Assembly (NCBI GenBank): GCA_964304625.1
Contig: OZ199838.1
Location: forward strand, 12,839,843 to 12,903,842
DNA: 64,000 nucleotides
Reading direction: 5' to 3'
DNA from: Kudoa neothunni
Lineage: Eukaryota > Animalia > Cnidaria
The translations under genes and the position numbers were made by a program. Below are positions 28,203 to 41,151 of this stretch, one piece after another. Under the pieces are notes generated by a model. That model was not told where the DNA came from. It was given only the letters and a program-made list of their open reading frames with translations, and did no database searches. How positions within the stretch are numbered: the stretch's first letter is position 1; each line of letters begins with the position of its first letter.

Positions 28203-29149
28203 ATGTCGTTAAATCCAACTCAACTAGAGGTTGATCAACAGATCGATCAAACCCTTGACAAAGTAAATTTAACAATTTTTCCTTAACTGAGCAATTGTGA
28301 TAGAGTGTTGATGCCACACGAAGAATACTCCAAACTGCACAACAGGTAATCCTCAGTAATGATATCATTTGTTGGATTTAACCTTAAAAATTAGACTCAA
28401 ACGATTGGCACAGAAACAGCTAATAAACTAGCTGAACAGGGCGAACAACTGGATAAGGTAGAAGGTCAGCAACGTCAAATTGAGAAATCAGTTACCAGAA
28501 ATAAATCTCAACTAAATGCACTTGAAAAATGTTGTGGGGTCTTCAGAGAGTATTTTTTGTTAGCGAGAAAGTAGAATAAAATTTTTCTAGCAAGAAAAAA
28601 CTCAACAGACTAAACGAAGAAACCTATCGTAAATCTTCTGACTCACCTAAACCGGCCAAATCTCAGGATAATAGAACAGTCAATGGAACAACACCGAAAC
28701 CTCAAAATGGAACTGTTAGGTAATTCGACCGAAAACTGTGATTATGAATGATAAAATTTGTTTTAGAATCACGGATGATGCTAGAGAAGATGAAATTGAA
28801 AGTAATCTAGGGTAAATTGAGACATCGCGTTTTCACTTTTCGGACAACAATCGATTTATCCACTTCTAGAGCCGTTAATGATATTGTTGGGAACCTCAAA
28901 TCACTTGCAATTGGTATGGGTAATGAGTTGGACAAACAGAATGAACAATTGGATCGTATCAATGAACAAGTGGATTTTTGTTTTGTTTTGATTTTCAGAT
29001 ATTATGTATCATTATTGTAGACTGAGAAAAACAGTGCAGATATACATAATCTTGATCGTAGAACAAGAAAATTATTGAATCAAAAAGTTAGCGTGGATGA
29101 ACCATCCACTGCGGCAGGTGTTACCAAGGTTGCCAAAGCTGTTCTTTGA
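28203..29149 (+). CDS. SNAP25: SNAP-25/23 family Qbc-SNARE, 7 exons
   Basis: Spliced: SVDATRRILQ..LAEQGEQLDKVE..LEKCCG..RITDDAREDEIESNL..VGNLKSLAIGMGNELDKQNEQLDRI. Six GT-AG introns of about 41-58 nt. Confidence 0.93.
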
Positions 29150-30813
29150 TTTTATAAATATTTCTATTATATTGACCGATGGGATGTGTTTGTTATTGAA
29201 TTATTCCTTATTGTTTTAAATACATGAGTCATCGTTTTTAAAGAGAGATATTTATAATTTTGAGACGAGTGAAAAGCGAGCCAGAATAATTGAATGAACG
29301 TATGAGTAACACAGAAGAAATGTGTATAACCGTCAACTGTCCATTCAACGATAGACTTTGGAACGTTTAAATCAATGGCTATCAATCTGTTCGCATTCTT
29401 CTAACCTATAGAGCAGTGGTGCTCAAATTTTTGTTGTCTAGGCCAAATTTTAATCTTCGAAAACTTCCAGGGACCAGAAAGTTTAAAACTAAATCCATAG
29501 CTCACGCTATGGATAAATTTACAAATTTTAAGACGCAATATTCAAAATAATTCATAAATAATAAGTTTACTAAATGTTTTAAATTGAATAACAAACGACG
29601 TAGCAAACAGACAATATTTGTCCCCTGTTGAATAAAACAATATTTTTGTGCCCAGCCGTCATTAAATTTTGCTATCTTCATAAAAAATTTTTTCGAATCT
29701 CAGTCATTTTAGCTTGGAAACAAATTAAAAAAATAAGCTGAATTAAATATAAGATATACCTTGGGTGAGAAAAATGTTTGTGTGCGCATATGTGAAGTGC
29801 AGTTTAAATTGCTCTTTAACCCCTTGAATCCCAATGTTGCCGAGTGGCAACGTTGTAATTTTGTGAGTGTTTTGACCATTTAATTACGTTTTTTAAATCT
29901 ATATTGATTATAATAATATAGTTAATGTTAATTTGATTTTATATAAGTGAATTATAAAACTTGTATGTTTTATATCAAAAGCAATACAGATGAATATATA
30001 ACTCTACGGCATGTATAAAAAAGGGTAAAAGTGTCCTGCAATTGAACTTGGATATTTCGTGTATTGTAACTTTTGTTTAGCAGTTATCAAGTCCTCAATA
30101 ATGGTTAAATATCGCCGACATATTGCATTTTAACTTCAAGATTTGCGGGATTTTATTTTGATTAGCATGCACAGGATAGGCTCGAATTTATCACTTAGAG
30201 TTTTTCGATACTTTACAATTTTCAGTATTTGAAACTTTATATATACTATTATTTTGAAACTGTAACAGCAATAGAGAAGCATGGAAATGGTTATAAACAA
30301 CACAATTTTATCTTGGAAAATTATGTTTATTTTTGTTTCTAATAAAAGTTCAACAGATTTAACGCTTCGTGAACGTGTTTTGCTGAAAAAGATCTAAAAT
30401 CAATGAAAATGTGCATAATATTTGTAACTAATTAAGATTTTGGCGAGAACTAATTGTCGTCCGTAAGGCTGTATAATGATCCGATTTCCCATGGGACCTG
30501 CTAATAATTTTGTAGTAGAGTTGTCGTAAAGTTTTTAAACGACATTAAAACATCAATAATTCTGTACGATTAAAATGAAAATATTAAAAATTGAGATTGA
30601 TTTATGTGATATTTGTATCGTAAATATTACAAAATTGTAATAAATTCATAGTATTTTCAACAAGGTGTGAATAGACTCCAACACTTTTCTTGACACAGAT
30701 CTATTGAATTAAATACTAAACAATCGAAATCTAGTAGCTACTCGTTAGCACATAATTCTATCAATTTAAGGGTGTTACTTACATCGAGAAATAACGGCAG
30801 TCACAGCCCAAAG

Positions 30814-32555
30814 ATGAATACTTATGGCCATTGTTCACAGCCCAAGAAAACAATGAATCACATTCTTCAGAAAAAATATTGGTTCGCAAGACAGAAATTG
30901 TTCGGTCGAGGTAGAACAAGTAAAAAAACGCCGAATGGCACCAAATCATCCTATCAAGCAATTCCCACTGATGATGTGTATATGGATTTCAGTGAGACGG
31001 TTCTAAATAAAATTGATGTATGTTTGGATGTTTATAATTTAATTTTGTAGTATTTTTCTATCTATTAAGGAGTTTAAAAATGTGAAGAAATTTCTAGAGA
31101 ACCATATCAAACTGGGAAAGGATTATGTGAAATGCTTAAAGAGTATTTGGTTGGCCCTCGGTGGGGGAAATAAATATGAATTTATATTGGGATCACTATT
31201 TTAGTATTATCTTTATTTGAACAAAAGATCAAAGATGATATCGCAAGTATTTCTGTATCTTTTCAAAATTACAGTGTCAATATGGCTGAGAATGCTTGCG
31301 AATGTTTAGAAACTATCGCCAAAGCACAGTATTTATTGCAAAATTGCGACCTAGTATTTCATCTCTTTAATCAATATAGCGATGGCATGTCAAACTCTAT
31401 CAAAAGATTCAATGACGATTTGGAAATTTTCTACAACAAAGCTATTCAAGACACATCGGCCAATGTAGCCGAATTGAACACAGCCAAGGAACACCTAACT
31501 GCCACATTCTGTTGGATGAACAAAGTAGCTAAGAATATCGATCTTGATATAAACAAAAGAGTCACAAAATTTAAAGGGGTGAGCTATTATGACTGCATTG
31601 CTCATTCTAATTATTAACTCTTCAATGTATACAGGTCCAAGGTGAAGTTAAACAACAACATGTCCAATATACGAAGTTGTGTGACGTTGCGAATGGAAAG
31701 ATCTCATTGATCACTGTCAGCAAGGACAATATGATTATCCGAGTAATGCAGACACAGTTGATGAACCTAGAATAATTGTCAATTTAGAATATGAGTGAGT
31801 ATCAGCAAAGTCTTTTGGAACGCTATGAAAACTCGTTACTCGCTTACAATCAGTTTAATTCCAACTATAAAAGCATACATGTACCATACCAATTTAAATT
31901 TTTGAAGAATATTATTGGAGAAAATAATGGCATCAACTGTGAATCATCTGAATCCTATTTATACTCCATTGAAGGTAGGTTTGTGTGAATATATCCCAGT
32001 TATGTTTTATGGTAAACCAAACATATCTCATTATTAGAACCTCTCTCGACACATGATGTTAACATTGTATCAGATTTGATTGACCTAGAGGAAGATATCA
32101 ACACTAGCAGCGAATCTTGCTATCATGATTGCATGAATTCAAACGATATTAACGAATTAATAGATGAAAGTTTTTTACAATCTCTCACAGCGTTTTCCAT
32201 TGATGGCAATGAACGTAATTTGGAGGAACTGGAGAGTGGTAATTACTTATTTTAACTAGATTATCTAATTGTTAATTGAACTGTCTTAGAAAATTCTTCC
32301 AATACAAATATAAATACTTCTCCTAAAAGTATAAGAAAACAAAAAGATTATGCGATTGAAACGCTGGTGGCTGATGACGATAATTTAAAAAAGAATGACT
32401 TTGAATCAAAGCAATGGGAGGAATTTTTCAATTCAATTACAAAGAAAAATGATACCTCCTCACCTTCTGCCAGTTTAAATTTTGATATTTTACTCGAAAA
32501 TATGGACCCTGTTAATAGAATCAACCTCAATAACAAAAACAACGATTATTGTTAA
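30814..32555 (+). CDS. ICA1: Islet cell autoantigen 1 (ICA69/RIC-19), arfaptin-homology BAR protein; start may lie further upstream
   Basis: QKKYWFARQKLF, FYNKAIQDT, FCWMNKVAKNIDLD..KFKGVQ and PYQFKFLK match ICA69 motifs (QQKYW, AISDT, LLWMKDVSQELDPD, PYEF). Acidic low-complexity tail. Confidence 0.85.
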
Positions 32556-34195
32556 TTTATTAAGAAAAAATCAATGCAATTATTGGAGTTTAATAAAAAA
32601 ATTTTGTCATGGTTATATTTTACACTCTTGATTAATTTACGCTCAGATACTTAAGCTTGTAAACTTTCTACTAGACATAAACCAGGGTCGGACAACATCC
32701 AACCATCTAACAAATATGTCCCATGTTATTACAAGGAAGTGACTATATCTCCGGTACTGAATTTTTCAAAACTAAATTATGCATGATTATAAAATGGTAT
32801 TTTTAAACTTATCTTTAATCTATTGATATTTTTATAATTTTTGAAAAGTTTCTATTTTGATACATTTGATCACCTCGATATCAACAATAGATACGTACCT
32901 CCCATTAGAATCTGACACTTACTTAATTTATTCATCTTTAAATAAATAAAATAGATTTTGTAATTATGTATTTTTTTATCACTAAATATTACGTTTAAAA
33001 AATTTTTGATGTTCGGTAACATTAAACAAAACTCTTGAGAGCATAAAAATATGACAACGTTTATCATCCAAAGGAGAGAAAAAACTAAAGAATAATCATT
33101 AACATTTATATATGATAAAATTTTACTTTTGTTATTATAACACTAATTTCTGTTATATATCTAGCTCTCATTCATCTAACCGATTTCATGATAGAGGGAA
33201 ATGAATTGAGTTCCAATCTTAGACATTTTCAACCTCAGGAACTAGACTAGCGTAATGCTGTACTTGATGCGCGGTTCAAATTAAAACGAAACTTTATTTT
33301 GTATTCAAAGTTACAATTATTACTTGCTTATAAGCGTCAACTACCATAAATCTCTCTATATCTCAATGAATATTACTTTTTATTACATGAAACTAATATC
33401 TTTACCAAAATTTTAAATTGTTAAAATTATTAAAAAATCATAGAGCTAAATTGATTAAAGATAAATCCGAAAAAATATTTTTATAATAATATATATTTTT
33501 TCGAGAAAATCATTGCTTGAGATATACTCATTGCCAATAATTTGTGGTCATATGCGCGCCAAACCGCGTAAAAGTGGTAAAACGACTAGTTTTAAGCAAT
33601 TTTTCCCTTCACCCGAAGGGATTATGTTAAAATAGTTATATACTGTATTTAATTAAAGTGAAGGTTGAACTTTACTCAAATAGTCCCCTTAATATGTCGC
33701 CACATTAGCAAAATAAAAAATTATCGAATATAACCATTAAAATGCTCCAAACAATCAAAAAGATATCTATAGACAAAATATTTTTGGAACCTAAGACCTT
33801 TCATTTATGACCAACTAAACGTGACCGAAAACAATATCCAATTATAGCAAAAAACCACTAAAACAACTTGAATCCAATTTCGCCACATTACTTAGATTAT
33901 TTAGTAATTTTAGGTTTGACACTATCCATAAGCATTCTCCTCAAATATGATTTATTCATTTTTACATTGAATCCTTTAAGTCATTCTGATGTAAAATTTG
34001 GGAGCTGTGCGTATTCTTTAATCACAAAAATTCGAAGTAGGTACCCCTAGATTAAGGAAGGTTTAAACAAAATGAATTAATTTTAGATATAAGATAATTT
34101 ATAAGTTGAATAGGTCAAATATTTAACAATTTCTCCGTAAATTAAGACGTAAAAGTATATATTAATTTTTAAAAGGCAGAGGAAATTGAAACTGT

Positions 34196-36374
34196 TTAAA
34201 ACAAATAAAAATACAAAGTTTCAATCGTATCTAACAGATCTGGATTCATAACAGTACGGCATTTAATAAAGTCGTTGCGTGGTGTGACACTTGAACGTAT
34301 GGTGGCGGTAGAGAAAATGGGATCGTCATCTATTTCAACATTCGAAAGTTTGTCACTGTGTCTATAGGAGCATTTATCGGCGAGAAAAGAATGTCCTTTG
34401 CTAGCGAATTCTTGATCGATAGTAGATATTGGTGGGTAAGTATTTGATAGATACTGGATGTTGATATTATTGCAGTCAAGTGCTTTTAAAATAAGTTGGG
34501 GTTGCTTTAATGAGAATATCGCCAACTATACGTGGAAAGTATTATTTTTATTGTACATTTAAAAATCGTCGATATTTGTAGTCGAACAATAAAGATACAA
34601 TTACATCTAACACACTTTTGGTCACCCAGTTCAAATATTTCACTATATGACCATTGTAGGCTTTTTCTACATTGTATCAAGTTTTAAAAATATCCCACTA
34701 TAAGGAGATAGTTACTGGTGATTGTTTTCAAACACTCTTCAGACACTTCTCCATGACAAACGTATTCATACAAAACTTCTACAAAAAATTTCAAATATCT
34801 AAAGGGGGTTGATTTGATTTCACATATTCAAAAGTAGAAATAACCTTAAAAAATCGATAAATTCGCTGCCTATTGGATTTCCTTTTTGATCTAGTAACGA
34901 ATGACTTAATTCGGAAGATTTCAGATCGACTTCATTAATAATATATTGTTTGTTGATGTTGAGACACGACTCTAGCTTCTATAGTAACCCTGCTAAGTCA
35001 ATCATCGGTTTTAAATAAGAATATACATAAAATTTTTGATCCAGTATGTGCATAAAAGAAACCAATCCAATATTACCTGAGTTATTCAGGCTCTCTAATT
35101 TCGACATTACTAACAATCCATTATTTTAATATAATACGATATATTTCAACGAATTTTTGGATTGATTTGTAAATTTGAATAAGCAACGTGATAGAAACTT
35201 GTTTCAAATCGTTCCTGTCCCAAAACCTATAATAAAAATTCATAATTAATCTAAATAATGATTAAAATCATAAGTGGCAATTGTAATATTAATTTTCTTC
35301 GAATTAATCCAAAAAGCACATACCCATATGGGAAAATTGTGTGTAGTGAATAATTTTGAACGGAGGAGATGGATAACGATTGTAACCCTTCTAGTTCTTC
35401 GCCTATAACGGCTTCGTTTATGTAACCGGTAGAATAGGGCATATCAATGTTGGACAATATGGGTTTTGTAATTCGATTCACATAGAGATAATCATATCCA
35501 AATAGTTCTACTGTAATTCAAATAACTCAGGAATTAAAGTGAGAAACCTGCAGCGTTGAAAAGTACATCCACAACTTTTTGAGCGCTGATTATTAACTCA
35601 TCACATTTTTTGGAGGCTTCGAAAATGCTCTCCTTCAATTTACAATCAATAATCTCATTCTAAATAGAAATACACGCATAATTTAATAAATTCTTGATGT
35701 CATACATTTTCACGATGATCGTCACAATATGCGTGGAAAAGTTTTTCAAGTGGTTGCACAACGGACAAAAATTCCAAATTATGATCGTTTAGATTGTTTA
35801 AATATGTTTGAATGTGTTGTTTTTTTATTTTTTCACTTTCGTTGGTATTTTGAGTAATCAACTCATATTCGAAGTCATTCGAATTTGGAGGTGGAATTGG
35901 ATTGTGATTGTTTTGGTTCATTGACGATGTGGTGGTGGAGGATCTAGTTTTGGAGAGACGTACTTTTTTTGGACTGCTACTCGAGCTACCGGTAAACTTA
36001 GTCTTTTGCTCTATTAATCCATCCAACCATTTTTGTCGACTTTCCTTTGTGGATGTTTGGAGATACAGCTTACACACATTAGAAACAGTAATACAAAGAA
36101 CGAGGTCGTCTGTTGTTTTCGCTGCTAAATGTGGATATTTTTTATTCCAGTCGATTTACAAACATCATACGCTCAATTTTGCATTGACTCAAACGGAACG
36201 TTCCCCTACACACATCATCTACTTGATCTTTATCAGTGTAATAACTCAGCACTCCATTCGATACTTTAAAATATCTTTTTTGCCAACCTTTTTTTCAGAA
36301 TTACCTTAAAAAATTGTTTATCAAATGAAATTACCTTTAATATAGTTGACCCATTTGAATAAATAGCCTTCCAT
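34196..36374 (-). CDS. PH-domain lipid-binding protein, FAPP2/PLEKHA8-like (PH plus putative divergent GLTP domain)
   Basis: MEGYLFKWVNYIKGWQKRYF...LQTSTKESRQKWLDGL is a FAPP/OSBP/CERT-type PH domain. KAYNGHIVKYLNWVTKSVL resembles the GLTP C-terminal AY..TL..HHGWVV motif. Confidence 0.7.
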
Positions 36375-36519
36375 TTTTGTGAATCAGAAAACAAGCCTCT
36401 TCTGAGATCATAAATAAGTATTATCGAATTAATTAATTAATTAATTAATTTATTTATTCAAAAAGGATGGAAGCAATCTCCCTAATCCACTTAAATAATT
36501 GGAAAGATTAGTTTCAATA

Positions 36520-36531
36520 CGCGCATGCGCG
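36520..36531. promoter_or_regulatory. Perfect NRF1-type palindrome CGCGCATGCGCG upstream of the PH-domain gene
   Basis: 12-bp GC palindrome 146 bp upstream of the ATG, in very AT-rich DNA. Confidence 0.55.
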
Positions 36532-37179
36532 ACTTGCGAAATATATGGGCCCATACTCGTTATTCGAAAATATTTTCGCTTGTGTAAGCACTGATTATAG
36601 TGTATTTTAATATGATAACTTATTATGACATACTTTTGGAAAATTAAAATTGTTTAATAAACTAATTTATTTATTTACATCATTAATCAAAAAACACTTT
36701 AATAACAATAATAAGCAAAATTGTTCCATCGTTCAGGTCTTTAATCATTTATTACAAGGGTAGCTAGAATACAGTTTTTTAAATCTCCCTGGAGATTAGA
36801 TGATTGCTCCGAAACTGTAAAATATGTAATCTAATAGGAAATGTGTGTGATCAAAGATAGGATAATTCCTTATTACCTAGATTTACTCCATTATTGAAGG
36901 CAGGATTTTTTTCAGAAGATTTTGCGAAAAGCATACAATCTTAAAATAAATGTATTAAAACAAGAAACATACCCAAGAACAGAAAATTAACGACATTAAA
37001 CAGACGAAAAAAATATTGAGAAATAATCTATTAAATATTTTCACTTATTCCAACGTTAAAATTCTGATTCTTCGATCTGATCACCCGTTCACTATATAGA
37101 TTATTTTCTACGCTCGAGTTTCTTAACAAAAAGAGTTCCACAGCATTCAACAAAGGATATATTAAATATTAACAGATCT

Positions 37180-37255
37180 GGTAAGGTGGCACGGTTGGTA
37201 GTTGGTCTGACTCACAATCAGCAAGCAGGTGATGGGTTAAAATCCCGCCATAACG
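37180..37255 (+). pseudogene. tRNA(Val-CAC)-like pseudogene or tRNA-derived SINE head
   Basis: A-box TGGCACGGTTGG, anticodon-like arm CTGA-CTCACAA-TCAG, degenerate T arm GGG-TTAAAAT-CCC, mismatched acceptor stem. Confidence 0.55.
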
Positions 37256-37590
37256 CATAAACACCTATTTCAACAGAAAACTACTACAGTTATTGGCTTC
37301 AGAGAATATTATTGAGTTCATTAGGTTTTATGTGAAGTTTTGAATTCCGTTTATCCATATTTAAAAGTATTGTTCCTATAAGCGCACGCGGAATAGTAAA
37401 TGCAAAAATTCGAGATAATTATAACGTCAAAATATTAAAAATTTTAAGCTTTAAGCTGACCTATCGCAAAATAATTCTTGTGGAAAAATTTATACAAAAA
37501 GCCAACTCATCAAATTTCCCCCCAAAAAACAAACATTACAATTACATTTTTGACCGACCAACTAAAAAAATGTACAGCTAAAGTTGGATA

Positions 37591-38567
37591 TTAGATCCAT
37601 TGGATATTGTTGCTGGACGAATTCTTTATACAAAATTCTTCGATAAACGTTCTTTGTAATTGATAAATTTTCCAAGTGGTAGCAAGGAGATGTTTGAGTA
37701 AATGTTTATGGTCGGATTTTCCTATGATAGTGAATGAACTGACAGCACGATTATCAACACTTCCGTAAGTGATGAATGCAGCGTGACAATAACTCAAGTT
37801 GGTTATAGTCGATCGACCCTCACGAGTGTGCTTTCTAGCCAAAAACTCCTTTATAGTGTCCCCTGATGGATTATCAATAAATTGAGTCGTTTCGTCGATT
37901 TTATCCGCGTATTCCACACACAACAAACTACTGCTGGATATTATACCTTTAGTTGGTATACCAGCCAAAATTAACACAACCGATGTACAGTTGATGGCAG
38001 CAGGTAAAATTGAACAACCAAATCCAAGCTGAGACCCATCTAGAAAACTCACTCTCTCAGCATCATGCCATAACACTCTGATATCAACATTCCATTGAAT
38101 ATGGCTGTTGGTCTCGTCGCACAATAACGAAGCATCTATCGCATTTGCCAACTGTTTCGACAATACTACGTCAGTTTGAGTGTCTTTGTGACTCATATGT
38201 TCCCTCTTGTATGCATATGGTGCATACCTTATGCTGTAGCCTAGATTGGAGCTATTGGATCCGAAATTTGGTGGTATTATCGAATTCTTTTGCGATGGCA
38301 ACGGTCCATATAACGAACAGACTAGCTTACATCGAGCACTCTCATAGTACAGAGATTTCACTGCGTCAACATTGACATCTTAAACAACAAAAAAGTGAGA
38401 TATGAGAAATTTTTAAATCATTTACCAGCAAATAATGAAAATTCAACTAACGACCCTGTGTCTGATTGAGCTACATTTTCTGGAGTTTCTACCTGTTCCG
38501 TTCTTTCTAAGATGGTGTAATGAAGAGATTCGTAGGGAAAAACGTCGAACGAAAACTCCCTTGCCAT
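37591..38567 (-). CDS. RNA exosome RNase PH-like subunit (EXOSC6/Mtr3- or Rrp41-like), 2 exons
   Basis: SLYYESARCKLVCSLYGP, IRYAPYA, VDIRVL and AAINCTSVVLILAGIP are RNase PH fold motifs. Short intron at ~38426-38379. Confidence 0.8.
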
Positions 38568-38892
38568 AGTGGTGATCTAGAGCTTGCGCATCAGCATACC
38601 TGGTCAGGTTTGCGAATTTCGAACCAAATTTTTAGGAAGACCAAAAATTGGGTTATTGTATTCTAAAGACTAGAAACAAAGCAGTCGATTTTTAATACAT
38701 TGGTCAAAAATTATTTTTATTCATGATTCTTTTTCTTATTATGTATCAATGTTAAATCTTTTTGAATCAGAATTCACGGTATCATAATAAGATTGTTATC
38801 GTTACTTAATGGTAGAATGTAACGCTTGTCATTTTATTCACTCACATGAGATTAAAGGCCAGTAGATGATGCATTTATATGGTCGTTTGATT

Positions 38893-40030
38893 TCAACCCT
38901 TCCGAATGACGAATGATGAATTTGGGGTAAATTTTTACCCCACAGGAAGTTGTTGGTTGTATACTTGATTTGTTTTCACTTTAAGAGATACAATATTTCT
39001 TCCAATTATAAATAATATTATAAAATATTATGACTAATAATAGAATATTAGAAAAATTATATCACGTTTACACTCCAATGAAATTTTTGGGGTAAAGAAT
39101 TACCCCAGATTTTTTCCTCTCTCGATCGTAGATAAAATATTGCTTATTACGGACATCAAATTTTAGCGTTGTCTGATGTACAAATTTGAAGTTATACCGT
39201 TGTTACCTATACCAAAAGGCCTCATGACTCCTTTTTTAATTTCATCGTTGCGATAATGGATATAGATTTGACCGATAGCAGTTATAATGGTGCTTCAAAA
39301 TCTTTTTCATGCGCGTAAGAATGCTTTACAATTGATATATCATTAGAATCTGAGAAGGTTGAAAACTTTTAGAATTCGGGTCAATCCACAATTAATGATG
39401 ATGTTTTTCTCATTGATAAATTTATTACTTATAAATGCGTTCTCCGTGTAGAAAAGCAATTCAAATGATAAAATCATTAGAATGAAGTTTTTGGAAATAA
39501 TGGGGAAATTACCATATCTTTCCATTGATGGAACGAAACATCTGCAAACTCAAAAATCCTAAGAGCCCCGCCTTATCTGTACTCCTCTACAGCTCAGCAC
39601 ATCGAATTAACGACCAATATTTTCAAGACTTGAATTGTGTTTACGGAAGATTGTTAAAAAATCATTTCTGTTTATTTCAGATATACGAAACACTGTTGCA
39701 AAATTCATTGTATGAGTGGTATCCAAGTTTGTTCTCGTTAAATATTATATTTTTGAACACTTTTTTTTATAATATCAATAAATAACATTAATGAGAAATC
39801 TACTAAAATATTAAGCTTTGATCAAAAACTGGCGCGGTGAATTCTAACAAGTACAGTTATTGCAGGATAATAAGGATTACTGCTCGTAATGTTGGTTGTT
39901 TTACGACTGAATCTATCTTTGGGATTTTGTTTATCTTTATTTCCTGAAATCGAATATTTTTTACGATCCGAATGGACAAATAAAAATCTACGCTAAGTTT
40001 TCACCCTCAAATTCATCGGAATGCTGTTGA
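38893..40030. mobile_element. Degenerate piggyBac-like MITE with subterminal palindromes
   Basis: TCAACCCTTCCGA..GATGAATTTGGGGTAAA versus TTTCACCCTCAAATTCATCGGAA..GTTGA, plus GGGGTAAAnnTTACCCC-type palindromes at 38924 and 39089. Confidence 0.5.
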
Positions 40031-40317
40031 TTTTTAGTATATTAGAAGCCAAGTTCATATATCCTTTATGGTTTGGCCATAGCAGAAGCTGTTTGAAGAG
40101 TAAATTCATCATGTCCTAAAGGGCACGTACGCTTAGAAAATGACAATTCTAATCCCATCATCTGTTACTTACAAGCTGTACACAATTTAATTTTTTAGAT
40201 TTGCCAAATAAAATTATTTCTTTCTCAACCCTTCGTTTGTAGGGCTAGAAATAACTAAGAATAGTCAAAACTAATGCCACTTGAGTATTATTTTACCATG
40301 AAAATAGTCATTTTGGG

Positions 40318-40346
40318 TATTATTATTATTATTATTATTATTATTA
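40318..40346. repeat. (TAT)n microsatellite
   Basis: About 9-10 tandem TAT units. Confidence 0.9.
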
Positions 40347-40704
40347 CTAGGCTACACCACTAAAAGATAAACGAGACATAAAAGACAGAGAATGATAATA
40401 GTTTTATGAGTAGCTGTTAAATACTTATTCTCCGAAACATTATAAGAATTTCAGTCTTACTTTGGTGTTACTTGATTTACCCCCGGTTGAGAACCCCTGC
40501 ATTAGAATTAGAGGGTTAATGATTATTAAATTCACGAGAAATTAAAAGTCACAAAAAGTCTTGATCAATAAAAAATTGCGAAATCTAGACAAACGCTGAA
40601 AAAATCAATTTCAGTGATAATAATTAATAAATGATAAAAATAATTCAAAAATGTTGTAACATAAAAATATCAAACGGGGTTAAAAACTTGGTGGACTATG
40701 TGAA

Positions 40705-40932
40705 CTAATCGTTTTTTTTATCAGCAGGATCTGACGGCGACGCGGGAGAATTGGTCGGAGATTCAGGATCTTTCTTTACGAATGTTCTAAAAATGAAATA
40801 TTGGTCACCAGTATTAAAAGGACATGCGGGTCTTAGCGAAGTGTTGCATCCTTCATAGTAGACTCTCTTGAACAAGATTGCCGCCAATGCCATCCCAACA
40901 ACCACTACAACGATTGGAACGAAACCTATCAT
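40705..40932 (-). CDS. Small single-pass membrane protein, possibly NDUFA4/COXFA4 (B12D)-like
   Basis: Hydrophobic FVPIVVVVVGMALAAILF followed by KR and TGDQYFIF, reminiscent of NDUFA4 LIPLF..LR..NDQYKF. Coding-like GC content. Confidence 0.45.
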   Translation of the reverse strand: MIGFVPIVVVVVGMALAAILFKRVYYEGCNTSLRPACPFNTGDQYFIFRTFVKKDPESPTNSPASPSDPADKKND

Positions 40933-41151
40933 TAGATCAAAAAAATAATTTTGCTCAGCGCAGGAAGCCACTTTCACAAACAAATTAATTCTAACCCACT
41001 CGGCAATTCAAATACGCCTCCAATAGGAATGACAAAAAATCAATAGATTGAAAGTGATTAATATTATTGTCGAATAAAGTTTCAAATAGCGATAGAAATA
41101 CATAAGTTCAAGTTGTACAAACAAATCGAATAGTCAATTTAAGTAAATAAG

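Noticed and set aside
33241-33589. Helitron/Helentron-like end (CGCG hairpin then CTAGT)
   Set aside because: Hairpin is weak and no second copy is available to define boundaries.
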